Position numbers and translations under genes: made by a program. Of a DNA stretch of 64,000 bases, positions 50,410 through 60,810 are shown piece by piece. The DNA comes from an uncultured delta proteobacterium (GTDB lineage: Bacteria; Desulfobacterota; BSN033; UBA1163), in assembly GCA_963827685.1 (NCBI GenBank), contig CAWHBU010000003.1:672001-736000 (forward strand). The letters are read 5' to 3'. A model generated the notes under the pieces. That model was not told where the DNA came from and did no database searches. It worked only from the letters and a program-made list of their open reading frames with translations. Position 1 is the first letter of the stretch; each line of letters starts with the position of its first letter.

Positions 50410-50700
50410 CTATTGACCCAACTCATGGTGCGTCAGCCCTTTAACAAGGTTACGTTGGGATTTGTATCGGGTCAAGACCCATGCTGGTTTGTCGGCATCT
50501 ATTATGAGGACAAAATAGAACTCTTTGACGCTGTCTGGGTGATTGAGATAGTGATACGCGGCCAGATCCAGATATCAAATGATCTGATCTCTTCGTACGT
50601 CATTAGTCCTCTTTGAGCTTACACGAGCAAGGTACTTCGCCTCAATGAAGATGATCCCATCCTTGTAGGAGATAGTGACGTCTACTTCTGAGATATCCTC
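50410..50700 (-). pseudogene. PD-(D/E)XK nuclease-like fragment
   Basis: SEVDVTISYKDGIIFIEAKY...RRDQII*YLDLAAYHYLNHPDSVKEFYFVLII. Confidence 0.55.
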
Positions 50701-50721
50701 TCGGTACTTCCGGCTTCTTTT

Positions 50722-51225
50722 TCACTTTGCCGATACGCCTAGACCCTGTAAGATCTCACGCATGTGGTCAATGTGAAACTGTATATGATACTCTCCCAAG
50801 CCCCCGAGGAAACCCCCCAGGGTCGGATATTCTCCCAGCGGCGAGTCTTTGAGCATGGGAATATACGCCTTCCGGTTGAGTTGATCTCCGGATAAGCCTT
50901 CCGCGAACTTGGAGATACCCTCATACTCCCGTTCAACCTCCGAGAGGAGTTGAGCAAAGGTCATTTGGGCACGCTTCTCCGAGTAAAAAGGAATCCCAGG
51001 GTTTATGTCGATCACGGGAGTCTCTCCGTCGAGAAAAGCCTGAAAGATCGGTAAGTGGCCAGAACCTTCCGGCCCCCAAAGGTGAGAAAGAATTTCTTTA
51101 GGAGACCATCGTCCCGCGGGCGCGCGGGAAGCTGTGCCCTCATCAAGCCCTGCACATACTTTCTTCAATTCATCGATCTTCCGGCGGATGCTTTGAGTTA
51201 ATTGAATCCCTGTTGAAGCTGCCAT
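50722..51225 (-). CDS. DinB family protein
   Basis: [11 protein letters not shown]-terminal H..FH..H. Confidence 0.85.
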   Translation of the reverse strand: MAASTGIQLTQSIRRKIDELKKVCAGLDEGTASRAPAGRWSPKEILSHLWGPEGSGHLPIFQAFLDGETPVIDINPGIPFYSEKRAQMTFAQLLSEVEREYEGISKFAEGLSGDQLNRKAYIPMLKDSPLGEYPTLGGFLGGLGEYHIQFHIDHMREILQGLGVSAK

Positions 51226-51634
51226 ATCTGATTACCTCCTTTCCCGCTCTTTCTTCATTTGTCATTCTATAACTTAAACATAATCATTCCCTTCATTCTT
51301 TACAAAGTGACGTTGTCGGGACAACGCCGAGCGAACGTCGGCGGCTGCGGGTCGCCATCAGTGGTCCGCCCTACGATCGTCTAACCGGAAATTGTTGTCG
51401 AATTGGGTGCCAAACTTGTCGAATCCCATTATTAATCGAAATCTAAGAAGAAAACATTTACCGCTTTAAAAAGATCGACAAACCTTTCCGGTTTAAAACT
51501 AAACGTCATTGCTCCGACTTTTAGAATGATTGAATTTATCCAACTGTCGAATGTCCTAATAAGTCTTTGAATAATCTGGATAAATCAGGTTGAGGATGGC
51601 GCAAAAAATCTTTTGAAATCCTTTGAAAATGGAT

Positions 51635-51650
51635 TGGCATATGAGTTGCT
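51635..51650 (+). promoter_or_regulatory. Putative sigma-54 promoter
   Basis: TGGCAT-ATGAG-TTGCT. Confidence 0.6.
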
Positions 51651-51818
51651 TGCAGATACTTTACTGAATAAAACAGATAAAAAGAGGTAGGACCGACGAA
51701 AAAGGCAATGCTTGCATCAGGGCTGGTAGCTATGATGCTTCTTCATGTCTCATATGTCTGTTCACAAAATATTAATCTAACCTGATTATTGAAGTCTAAC
51801 AAGCATGGATTCTAAAAC

Positions 51819-52124
51819 ATGAAAGAAAGATTCAAAAGGATCCAAATTCTTCTGGTTATAGCAATTTCTCTCTTTATTCTGGCGCTTCCGGCTTATCTCC
51901 GTTGCACCATGCTGTCACAAATTAAATTTGTTTCTTCCGATTTGAGCTTTGAGAATCCGGATCAAGAAGAGGGGCTGCCTGATAATGGGAAGGGATTGAA
52001 GGTACTCGGGCCAACTGCCCTCTTCATTATATTCCCTTTGGGCGCCAATCTCTTCGAGCAGTCTTCGCATTTGTTTTCCCACACACTTTCTCTCCGTCAA
52101 AAAACCTTCGTTCTTCGTTGTTAA
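51819..52124 (+). CDS. Hypothetical exported or membrane protein
   Basis: N-terminal TM/signal segment, ends VLRC. Confidence 0.55.
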   Translation: MKERFKRIQILLVIAISLFILALPAYLRCTMLSQIKFVSSDLSFENPDQEEGLPDNGKGLKVLGPTALFIIFPLGANLFEQSSHLFSHTLSLRQKTFVLRC

Positions 52125-52236
52125 GAAAACACAGCTGCTTCATTTCTTCATTCCCTTTTATCTCCACTGCTACACTCTATAGAATCTTTGGGGTTATATG
52201 TAATGCCACACTTGATTTTTATAGAGGAGGCTATTA

Positions 52237-52701
52237 ATGACAACAAAACTTTTTACTACCTGGAAACGACGAGCAAACCGACTCAAAATGGAGGCCTACG
52301 CCATTTACCTGGCTTACAAGGATCCCCGAGTTCCCTGGTATGCCAAGATTCTTATTGTTTGCATCATTGGATATGCCTTTAGTCCCATAGACAAGGTCCT
52401 AAATTCCATCCCTATCATAGGGTATGTGGATCATCTTATCCTGGTCCCACTGGGTGTTGTCTTGGTATTCAAAAAGATGATTCCGTCAGCGGTTTTGACT
52501 AATTGTCGAGAAATAGCCATGAATCGAAAGAAACCTATAAACTGGGTTGACGGTTCCATCACCGTTTTCATCTTGTTGCTCTTCGTATCGTTGGCAATCG
52601 TTTCCACAATATGGACTATGAAAGATTGGAATCTGGTTCTCGTGCAGTGGTTCAGGTGGTTTACACGAACGGTAATAATTTCAGAATCACATTCTCGTTA
52701 G
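52237..52701 (+). CDS. YkvA/DUF1232 family membrane protein
   Basis: DPRVPWYAK..YAFSPID..IPIIGYVD. Confidence 0.85.
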   Translation: MTTKLFTTWKRRANRLKMEAYAIYLAYKDPRVPWYAKILIVCIIGYAFSPIDKVLNSIPIIGYVDHLILVPLGVVLVFKKMIPSAVLTNCREIAMNRKKPINWVDGSITVFILLLFVSLAIVSTIWTMKDWNLVLVQWFRWFTRTVIISESHSR

Positions 52702-52737
52702 TGAAGATGTAATATAACAGCGATAAGGAGAGGAAAA

Positions 52738-52929
52738 ATGGAAAAGAAATCATCTGAGAAAACCAAACTTAAAATCAAGAAGGTTCGATTCAATTTGAAT
52801 ACGCCTAAAACTGAAAAGGTATCCTTGGCAGGAGATTTAAACGGTTGTGTGTTGGTCATTCCAGAAATCCCCGGGATGAACGAGCACATCACGCTTTATC
52901 AAGGAAGGTTTCCCGGGTATCACCTTTGA
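52738..52929 (+). pseudogene. Truncated glycogen-binding (CBM48/AMPK-like) protein
   Basis: KKVRFNL..PKTEKVSLAGDLNG, then similarity is lost. Confidence 0.55.
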
Positions 52930-52999
52930 GCCTTATATGTGGGGAAAAAAAAGGCAAGTTCATCGGAACCAAAAAGAATCCAAAAAAAAGGAGAAAACC

Positions 53000-53254
53000 A
53001 TGCTTATTTATGTTTGGAACCTACCCCCTAATGTACCAGAGGATTTTTTTCGCCAGACCTTTGAGGCTTTCGGAAAGGTAAGCTTTGCAACAATCTCATC
53101 AATAATTCTAAAGGACAGATATGATGGTCAGTCACGAGGATTTGCTTTTGTAGAAATGCCTAATCAGGCTGAGGCGCGAGCGGCAATTCAGAACCTTAAC
53201 AGAAAGGCCCTCCTTGGCCGGCAGATGATTGTCTACGGATCATCTGAAAATTGA
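53000..53254 (+). CDS. RRM RNA-binding protein
   Basis: IYVWNL (RNP2), RGFAFVEM (RNP1). Confidence 0.85.
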   Translation: MLIYVWNLPPNVPEDFFRQTFEAFGKVSFATISSIILKDRYDGQSRGFAFVEMPNQAEARAAIQNLNRKALLGRQMIVYGSSEN

Positions 53255-53309
53255 CCAGAAAATTAACTTATAGAGCTGTGGCAGAAAGGGAATAAAAGGA
53301 GAAACCACC

Positions 53310-53486
53310 ATGAAAACAAAAGATGGGGATACAGTAAAAAGTTTTTTGAATGGCAATGACTATAAGGTTAAAAGAATTGTGAACAGCATGGTTGTCCTTG
53401 AATCTGAAGATGGGCAAACCCAAATTTTAACAGAGGTTGAGAATTTGAATTTATTTTATAAGAAAAAGGAGAGTATTAAAGTATGA
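53310..53486 (+). CDS. Small hypothetical protein (58 aa)
   Basis: Not in ORF track; RBS AAGGAG; MKTKDGDTVKSFLNGNDYKVKRIVNSMVVLESEDG... Confidence 0.6.
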   Translation: MKTKDGDTVKSFLNGNDYKVKRIVNSMVVLESEDGQTQILTEVENLNLFYKKKESIKV

Positions 53487-53533
53487 ATCAAGACGTTATC
53501 ATCCCTTTTCGCTACAGCTTTTTCTCTTTAATT

Positions 53534-53870
53534 AAACTACCCTCGCCTTCAAGGCGAGCGGTTTGAAATAACAGGTCGGCTTGAAGTCGACCTTGCCCGT
53601 CCTCCTTCTTTCGTCCGTCATTCCTGCGCAAGCAGGAATCCAGGGTTTCCTGTAGAAACAGGAATCAAGTTCTTATTGGTTCCCTGCCTCGCAGTGGCAG
53701 CGTCCTGGATTCCCGTTTTCACGGGAATGACAATGGTGATGCTATATTGTTCAGAGGCTCATGGTCGGCTTCATCTCAATCCCATGAAGAATATGTCACC
53801 AAGGCTGGCCGACCATTTGGCAAAATCTTTACTTCGCCTGAAGGCGAGGGGTTTCCACCATCCCCGATGG
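53534..53870. mobile_element. IS200/IS605-type end hairpins enclosing REP palindromes (non-autonomous remnant)
   Basis: CTCGCCTTCAAGGCGAG and TTCGCCTGAAGGCGAG hairpins; ATTCCTGCGCAAGCAGGAAT and ATTCCCGTTTTCACGGGAAT; similar hairpins at 57556-57643. Confidence 0.5.
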
Positions 53871-54162
53871 TGACACTGAGAATAAAGGGCAAAGCGCCCG
53901 CCTACAATAGACATTTTCGGTAGGCAGGCACAGTGCAAGGTTGAGGGAAGCATCACCCTCTTCATGAAAGCCTGAACAAGCAGCATCTTCATTTTTCCAC
54001 CAAGTCCATCGATGTTTCTACATTTGATCAAGTCTAACCTGCTACATTATAAACAACATTTTTTATTGATGGGGTTCTGAGATTGATATTCTTTCATTTA
54101 ATCCGGAAGCCTCTACGAAAATTTGGCTTGACATCTTTGAGTGAAATAGCGAAGGTGTTTCT

Positions 54163-55773
54163 ATGTCTTCATGGCTCGTTCGGGGTGCACTGGTGATCGA
54201 TGGCTCGAATAGAGAGCCCTTCCGGGGAGATATTGCCGTTGAGAATGGAATGATCACAGAGGTCTCACCGTCTATAAAAGGTGGAGGAAGAGCGGTTATT
54301 GAAGCGGATGGACTCGTGGCCGCCCCAGGTTTTATTGATATCCACTCCCATACCGATCTCACCATCTTCAAACACCCCCTTGCCGAAAGCAAGGCATTGC
54401 AGGGAGTGACGACCGAGGTGATCGGCAATTGTGGAATCGGTGCCTTTCCCGTGAATGATGAGCGAAGGGCTGTTCTTATCGACTACCTGAAAATCCATGA
54501 ATTTCATCTCCCTTCCGATGGGTTAAGCTGGAATAATTTCACCCAATATGCAGACCAATTGGACCGCATCGGTCTCGGACTAAATTTAGTCCCCTTAGTG
54601 GCCCATGGGGCACTCCGCATCGCCATTTTAGGCGTGGAGGATCGCATCCCCAGTGACAAAGAACTTGAAAAGATGAAGAACCTCTTGAAAGATTCCCTCG
54701 AGCAGGGAGCCTGGGGACTCTCCACAGGCTTGATCTATCCGCCGGGAAGTTTTGCGAAGACAGAAGAACTGGTGGTCCTCGCTAAAATCGTCGCCGGTTG
54801 TGGAGCCCTCTACACCAGCCACATCCGAGGCGAAGGGGTTACACTCATGGAGGCTCTGGACGAAGCCATTCGCATCGGAAAAAAGAGTGGTGTCAGAGTG
54901 GAAGTCTCTCATTTAAAGGCGTTGGGGAAAGACAATTGGGGCCGGGGTAAGGAAGCCCTTTTAAAATTAGAAAAAGCGCGTCGGGGCGGGGTGGATATCG
55001 CCGCCGACCAATATCCCTATGAAGCGACAAGCACTTCATTGACCGCTTTGGTTCCCCCATGGGCTCATGCGAGTGGTGTCAGTAAACTTATAAAGAGGCT
55101 CGCTTCTCCTGAAACGACAAAACGACTTCAGGGGGAGATTCTTCATGAAATCGACCAACGAGGCGGTCCGAGTCGGATTGTCATTGCCGGAATAGGCTCG
55201 GTAAAGAATATCGGTCTCTCCGGAAAAAATGTTAGCCAGATCGCTGAACTCTGGAATTGCGCACCGGAAATAGCAGTGATGCGACTTCTCCTGGAGGAAA
55301 AGGCAGCCGTGGGAGCGGTCTATTTCTCATTATCGGATGAAGATGTGGCTGCCATCCTCTCCAGCGATCAGGTGTCCGTCGGTTCGGATGGGATGGGGAT
55401 GAATGCAGAAAAAGATTTCGGAAAATCAACCCATCCTCGCTCTTACGGAACATTTCCCAGAATACTGGGCGTCTATGCACGGGAAAAGGGAACCCTCTCC
55501 ATGGCAAAAGCCATTCATAAAATGACAGGACTGGTTGCCGGCCGAGTGGGTTTAAAAAACCGCGGCTTCATCAAACCGGGATTTACGGCTGATCTGGTCT
55601 TGTTCGATCCCCTCACGATTCAAGACCAATCGACCTTTGATCATCCCCATCAATACGCTACTGGCGTGGTCTACACATGGGTCAACGGTTGCCCTATTGT
55701 TCAAGAGGGAATCATCACAGGGAATACCCCGGGAAGGGTTTTGCGGAAAAGAGGGGTTTCATCCCATTCATGA
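54163..55773 (+). CDS. N-acyl-D-amino-acid deacylase (D-aminoacylase)
   Basis: PGFIDIHSHTD, GVTTEVIGNCG, STGLIYPPG, SHIRGE, HPRSYGTFPR. Confidence 0.93.
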   Translation: MSSWLVRGALVIDGSNREPFRGDIAVENGMITEVSPSIKGGGRAVIEADGLVAAPGFIDIHSHTDLTIFKHPLAESKALQGVTTEVIGNCGIGAFPVNDERRAVLIDYLKIHEFHLPSDGLSWNNFTQYADQLDRIGLGLNLVPLVAHGALRIAILGVEDRIPSDKELEKMKNLLKDSLEQGAWGLSTGLIYPPGSFAKTEELVVLAKIVAGCGALYTSHIRGEGVTLMEALDEAIRIGKKSGVRVEVSHLKALGKDNWGRGKEALLKLEKARRGGVDIAADQYPYEATSTSLTALVPPWAHASGVSKLIKRLASPETTKRLQGEILHEIDQRGGPSRIVIAGIGSVKNIGLSGKNVSQIAELWNCAPEIAVMRLLLEEKAAVGAVYFSLSDEDVAAILSSDQVSVGSDGMGMNAEKDFGKSTHPRSYGTFPRILGVYAREKGTLSMAKAIHKMTGLVAGRVGLKNRGFIKPGFTADLVLFDPLTIQDQSTFDHPHQYATGVVYTWVNGCPIVQEGIITGNTPGRVLRKRGVSSHS

Positions 55774-56019
55774 AAGCTTGTTTGATGGAGCCTCACGGGC
55801 AAGCCCGTGCTTGCGCGCCGAAGTGGGCTTCAGCACGCAGGCGTGGTCCCAAGATACCATACCCACCTACGCCAAGGCTTCGGCGGGCCATCCGCCGGTG
55901 AGCGAAATCCGCCGAAGCAAAGTAGATCCACGGCTGACAGAGTTGGCATTCACAGTTAAGCCTTCCTCTATGGCCATGGCTGTGGTCTCTGCATAGGCGG
56001 ATGAAAGGAGGATGACCCG

Positions 56020-57330
56020 ATGGGAGCAGAAGTTGGATTCAATGTATGGTGGGGCTTACTGGGCCTTTTACCCCTCGTGGTTTATATCATCCTCGTCTTC
56101 CGGGATGTGGATCCCCTTCCAGCCACAGCGATTTGCGTCTTGATCGGAGCGATCCTGACGCACCAGAGCCTCATTTCCTTTGGTGAGGTCTTGGCCAAGG
56201 CGATGGGTTCTTTTCTGGCATTGGTTGGTTTGATTATCATGCTTGGCCGCGGGCTGGGGGAAGTCCTGACGGAAACCAAGGTCAGTCACACCCTTGTCCA
56301 TAAGATTATTTTTGGAATCGGGATCGATACCGAAAAGAAGGCCATGCTTGGAACCATGTTAGCCTGTATGGTTGTCATCGGTCTCTTGGGGACGATGGCA
56401 GGAGGTAATGCGATTCTTGCTCCGATCGTCTTGCCCATTGCCGCTTCCGTGGGATTGTCGCGGAGCACGGTGGCCGTTATCTTTCAAGCCGTGGGAGAGG
56501 AGGCTTTGATCCTCGGACCTTTTACACCCCCGGTCGTTACCCTTCTCGGTTTAACCAAAATTGGCTATGGCGAGATGATATTATTTGCTGCCGGGCCTAT
56601 TGCCCTGATCACATTGACTGCCACCTGGTTCATGCTCCAGAGGATCCAACGGCGAACAAAAGAGATCAACCCCTATGAACGTTTAGAGGGCGTAGAACGG
56701 TTTGTCCCAACCCCCCGGAGCAAGCGAGCGACGAAAACCTTTGCCGTTCTCTTCCTTGCGGCAGTCACTTACGGGATCATCGTTAAAGCGGCAACCTCTT
56801 ATGTGATCATTGTCATGCTGGGACTTGCCGTGATTACCGGCCTGGTGGGCGGATTAAAGTTTGATCATATTCTTAAACTGATCGTCAAAGGGATGGCTGG
56901 AAATGTGGGGCTCTTCTTTCTCTTCGTGATCCTTGACCCCTTCATCAATTTTATAGAGCTTGCCGGAGGTTTTAAGGCCCTGACAGTCATTCTTAAACCT
57001 TTGGTCGATCTCGGGGGAAAGACAGTCGTCGTTATCCTGGGGGGCCTCATTGGGGCTTTTGGTATTTCAGGAGCCACGGTGGCAACGCTCAATGTGCTCC
57101 ATTCCATGTTTAACCCATTGCTGAACAAGCTGGGTGTTTCGATGCTGGCCTGGTCCGTGGCACTGATCGTCGCGACAAGAGTGAGCAATTTCATTTACCC
57201 GGGGGCCAACATGTTCAGCTCCTTGGGATTTGCCGGGACGAAAGATATCAAATCCATGTTAAAAAACGGTTGGGTCGTCGCTGCTTGCCAAACCCTTTTC
57301 TTGGTGATCTATAGCTTACTTTTTGCATGA
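56020..57330 (+). CDS. Ion-transporter superfamily permease (NhaC/GntP/DctM-like)
   Basis: About 11-12 hydrophobic segments; co-oriented with the aminoacylase. Confidence 0.8.
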   Translation: MGAEVGFNVWWGLLGLLPLVVYIILVFRDVDPLPATAICVLIGAILTHQSLISFGEVLAKAMGSFLALVGLIIMLGRGLGEVLTETKVSHTLVHKIIFGIGIDTEKKAMLGTMLACMVVIGLLGTMAGGNAILAPIVLPIAASVGLSRSTVAVIFQAVGEEALILGPFTPPVVTLLGLTKIGYGEMILFAAGPIALITLTATWFMLQRIQRRTKEINPYERLEGVERFVPTPRSKRATKTFAVLFLAAVTYGIIVKAATSYVIIVMLGLAVITGLVGGLKFDHILKLIVKGMAGNVGLFFLFVILDPFINFIELAGGFKALTVILKPLVDLGGKTVVVILGGLIGAFGISGATVATLNVLHSMFNPLLNKLGVSMLAWSVALIVATRVSNFIYPGANMFSSLGFAGTKDIKSMLKNGWVVAACQTLFLVIYSLLFA

Positions 57331-57699
57331 ATGAGGACTTCAGAAACGGGACAAAGAGGGCAGGAAAAACCTCTTACTGATCGTGGATGCAAAAAAGGAC
57401 TTGGTGCCAGGCATCAGTAATAGAAATAGCCGATAAGGTCTTCGACAAACTTTCTTTCTAAACGGGCTCTGAACTGGCCTCTTGCGACTCCCAAGATTTT
57501 TTTGAACTACTTCCATGATAGCCAGCCAATCCCCTTTGGCCGGAACGTGACCCACAAGCCCCGCCTTGAAGGCGGGATCAGGGGGGAACCATATGAATGT
57601 AATACCTTGCTGGGAAGCCCAGCCCTGCGGACGGGGAGCTTCATAACAGACGGCCGATGTCCATAGGAGGCTTGAAGAGGCCGGGGGTGGTTAGTCCCT

Positions 57700-57860
57700 T
57701 GATAAGGTTCTGATTATATCGATATCTATGATAAGAACAAAATAGAACTCTTCGACGCTGTCCGGATGGTTAAGACAGTGGTATGCTGCCAGATCCAGAT
57801 ATCGAATCACCGGATCTCTGCGCAAGTCGTTGGTCGTCTTTAGGCTTACTGGAGCGATGA
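57700..57860 (-). pseudogene. Second fragment of the same nuclease-like gene as 50410-50700
   Basis: TNDLRRDPVIRYLDLAAYHCLNHPDSVEEFYFVLII. Confidence 0.55.
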
Positions 57861-57928
57861 GTGCCCAGGCTTTTGCTTTGGCTGAGATCGAAGAGATCAA
57901 TGCCGCCTGTTATGAAAAGGAGTTTGGG

Positions 57929-60256
57929 TTAAAGCTTCAATTGATAAACCCGGTACATTTTAATGCGTTTACCCCCCATCGTCTCAATCCTCTTGTTGAG
58001 CAGGTTGTTGTCTTCCCGTATCCATGAAAGCTCACCGCCCGTGTAACCGCGCGCTTTTGCTACCCGGAAGGATTCGAGATACAGGAGGGTCTCCAATCCC
58101 CGGCGCTGGAAAGCTCTGCGTACAGCCAATAAGGCAAACCGCAGGGTCTTGATTTGCTTGGAGTAGAAATAAAATTTCAACATGTCGGCAATACCCACGC
58201 GGCCGTCAAAGCGTTTGAGCACTTCATTATAGTCCGGCAAAATCATGGAGAAGGCCACTGGCTTCCCCTTGACCTCTACAAAATTCACCAGCTCTTTTTC
58301 AATCACAGGCCGGAGCTTAGTGATAAAATAGTGCAGGTCACCGGCGCTTAGAGGAGTAAAACCGAATTCCTGACTATTGGCATCGTTTAATATTCCCATC
58401 AGGGTATTCATTTCTTGGCGGAACCGGCTCATGTTCAGGTGCCGGATGACAATCCCTTCCTTTTTCTGGGCATGCTCGGATAGTTTCTCCAAACCCTCAG
58501 GAAAAGGTCCACGCGCATCCATCCAATAGGCATAGAAATCTTTCTCTTTCTCGAAACCATATTTCTCTAAAAATTCCGGATAATAAGCAGGATTGTACGG
58601 CATCATGATGGCCGGTGGATAATCAAACCCATCCACTAAGCAACCCATCCCGTCCAGCTGGGAAAAAGCCATCGGCCCACGCATGATTTTCATGTCTCGG
58701 TCTAACAACCATTGCTTGGCGGCATCTAAAAGCGCAACGGCGGCTCTGTAGTCCAGGCCTACCTCGAAAAAACCAAAGAAGCCCGCGCGCTCGTTATGAT
58801 ACCGGTTGGCACGATGATCAACGGCAGCCACAATCCGGCCTGCCATCTCGCTGCCTCGATAAGCCAAGAAAGCTTTCGCCTCGCCGTGGGCATAAAAAAT
58901 ATTTTCTTTACGGTCAAAAATCGTCTCCACATCCGTAATCATCGGTGGCACCCAATTGTGGTCTCGGGTGTAGATTTTCCAGGGCAGTTTCAAGAAATTC
59001 ATTTGATCGCTCTTTTCCTCACCGACTGTACGGATGTCGATCGGTGCTCCCGGAGCATTGGGTCCGATCAAACCCAATTCCGTTCCAATTTTTTTAAGCT
59101 TCTCCAAGGCATAGTCCAGTTCCTGGCGGGAATGCGTAGCCGTATAAGAAGTCCGCAGACTGGCCATCCCTGGCGGAACGGCTGGAGAAACCACCGGATT
59201 GACATAGACACCTTCTTTCTCAAGCATCTTGGCAAATTGAAAGGTTTTCAAATCATCGCCTACAAGGATGGGAATGATGGCGGATTTTGTAGCCGAGGTT
59301 CTAAATCCCATGCCCTGAATTTCTCTGAGCATGTAGCGCACATTTTCCCAAAGCTTTAGCCGGCGCTCCGGTTCTCGTTCCAGAATATTCAAGGCAGCCA
59401 AAGCGGTTGCCACGGCGGCGGGTGGAGGTGCAGCCTGGAACATAAAGGTGCGGGCATTATGCTTTAAGAACGAGATCACCTTTTCTTCGCCGGCGATAAA
59501 TCCACCCAGGCTGGCAAACGATTTTGAAAAAGTACCCATCACGAGATCAACCTTATCCAGCACACCCATTTCTTCGCAGGTACCGCGGCCGCCCTTGCCC
59601 AGAACACCCAGGCTATGTGCTTCATCCACCATGAGGCGGCATCCATATTTTTTGGCCAGAGGGACAATATGTTTCAAGTCCGCTAAATCGCCTTCCATGG
59701 AAAATACGCCATCGACCACAATGAGTCTGCCCACCTTCTTATCTTGAATATTCATCAAGATACGCTCCAGGTCTTCCATGTCGTTATGGCGAAATTTCAA
59801 AAGCTTTCCCAAAGCCATCCGGCAGCCGTCCAGGATCGAAGCATGGTTGGTGCGGTCTGAAATCACCACATCATTTTTTCCCACGATCGTCGAGATAACG
59901 CCCAGGTTGGTAGTAAATCCGGTACTGAATACTAAAGACGCTTCTTTCTTCATAAACCGACCCAGACGTTCTTCCAACTCCACATGCAAATCAATGGTCC
60001 CGTTTAGGAAACGGGAGCCCGTGCAGCCGGTCCCATACTTCTCAATGGCTTTGATGGCGGCCTCCCTCACTTCCGGATGCGAGGTAAGACCCAAATAATT
60101 GTTCGAGCCAATCATCACCGTTTTGCGGCCACTCATAATGACCGTTGTATCTACAGCTCCTTCATTGACACGAAAATAAGGATAGAGGCCGAGATTGATA
60201 ATTTTCTCAGCATCATGATAGTTATAGGCCTTGTCAAACAGATCCACCCTAATCAT
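57929..60256 (-). CDS. Fusion of serine palmitoyltransferase-like PLP enzyme and GNAT bacterial ceramide synthase-like domain
   Basis: N-half: YPYFR, GSNNYLGL, GTGCTGSRFLNGT, NHASI, DEAHS, GTFSKS. C-half: FLKLPWKIY..WVPP, GRI, GFFGFFE, MRGP, G.LVDGF, PYNPAYY, ELSWI.EDN. Confidence 0.88.
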   Translation of the reverse strand: MIRVDLFDKAYNYHDAEKIINLGLYPYFRVNEGAVDTTVIMSGRKTVMIGSNNYLGLTSHPEVREAAIKAIEKYGTGCTGSRFLNGTIDLHVELEERLGRFMKKEASLVFSTGFTTNLGVISTIVGKNDVVISDRTNHASILDGCRMALGKLLKFRHNDMEDLERILMNIQDKKVGRLIVVDGVFSMEGDLADLKHIVPLAKKYGCRLMVDEAHSLGVLGKGGRGTCEEMGVLDKVDLVMGTFSKSFASLGGFIAGEEKVISFLKHNARTFMFQAAPPPAAVATALAALNILEREPERRLKLWENVRYMLREIQGMGFRTSATKSAIIPILVGDDLKTFQFAKMLEKEGVYVNPVVSPAVPPGMASLRTSYTATHSRQELDYALEKLKKIGTELGLIGPNAPGAPIDIRTVGEEKSDQMNFLKLPWKIYTRDHNWVPPMITDVETIFDRKENIFYAHGEAKAFLAYRGSEMAGRIVAAVDHRANRYHNERAGFFGFFEVGLDYRAAVALLDAAKQWLLDRDMKIMRGPMAFSQLDGMGCLVDGFDYPPAIMMPYNPAYYPEFLEKYGFEKEKDFYAYWMDARGPFPEGLEKLSEHAQKKEGIVIRHLNMSRFRQEMNTLMGILNDANSQEFGFTPLSAGDLHYFITKLRPVIEKELVNFVEVKGKPVAFSMILPDYNEVLKRFDGRVGIADMLKFYFYSKQIKTLRFALLAVRRAFQRRGLETLLYLESFRVAKARGYTGGELSWIREDNNLLNKRIETMGGKRIKMYRVYQLKL

Positions 60257-60810
60257 CCCTTTCCAAGAGTAATCCCGAAAGCCGGGTAAACATTGTGAGG
60301 AGGTGCTTCATCCCTCTAGCCAAATACAAACGAAGTCGGAATTTCGAACCTGAGACGAACCACCTATCAGCCATCTGCAGGGTACCTGGACATCGTACCC
60401 CGAAGTCATACCCCTTTTCCGCCCGCAACGAGCTGTGGAATATTTGGCGAAGGAGTATAAAGTAAGTTCAAATGCTTATTCAAATTACGACGCTGGCCAT
60501 TCGCAAACCATCTGCAATGATAAGAACCTGCTTTTAGGTGAGTTGAATATACAAAAAAGGGAGTTGTATGTCAAGAACGAAGGACCACAAGATATGAAGA
60601 AAGGCTTTAGGCCGGTATGGAAGATAATGACTGTCAAACGAAATCTTACATTGTGGTCGAAATCTGTCAGTCAACTTACTCGGGATTTCCTTTTGACTCT
60701 CCAATGCCATCTTCAGTAGACTCTGTTATAATTGCATTTAATAAATATCTCATAATTCGACACTTGATCTCAATAGGACCAATAGAACTTTCCGTTTTAA
60801 GGAGAAAAAG

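Noticed and set aside
51305-51390. GC-rich segment with GTCTAAC as an integron attC site
   Set aside because: No convincing paired R and L boxes and no integron integrase.
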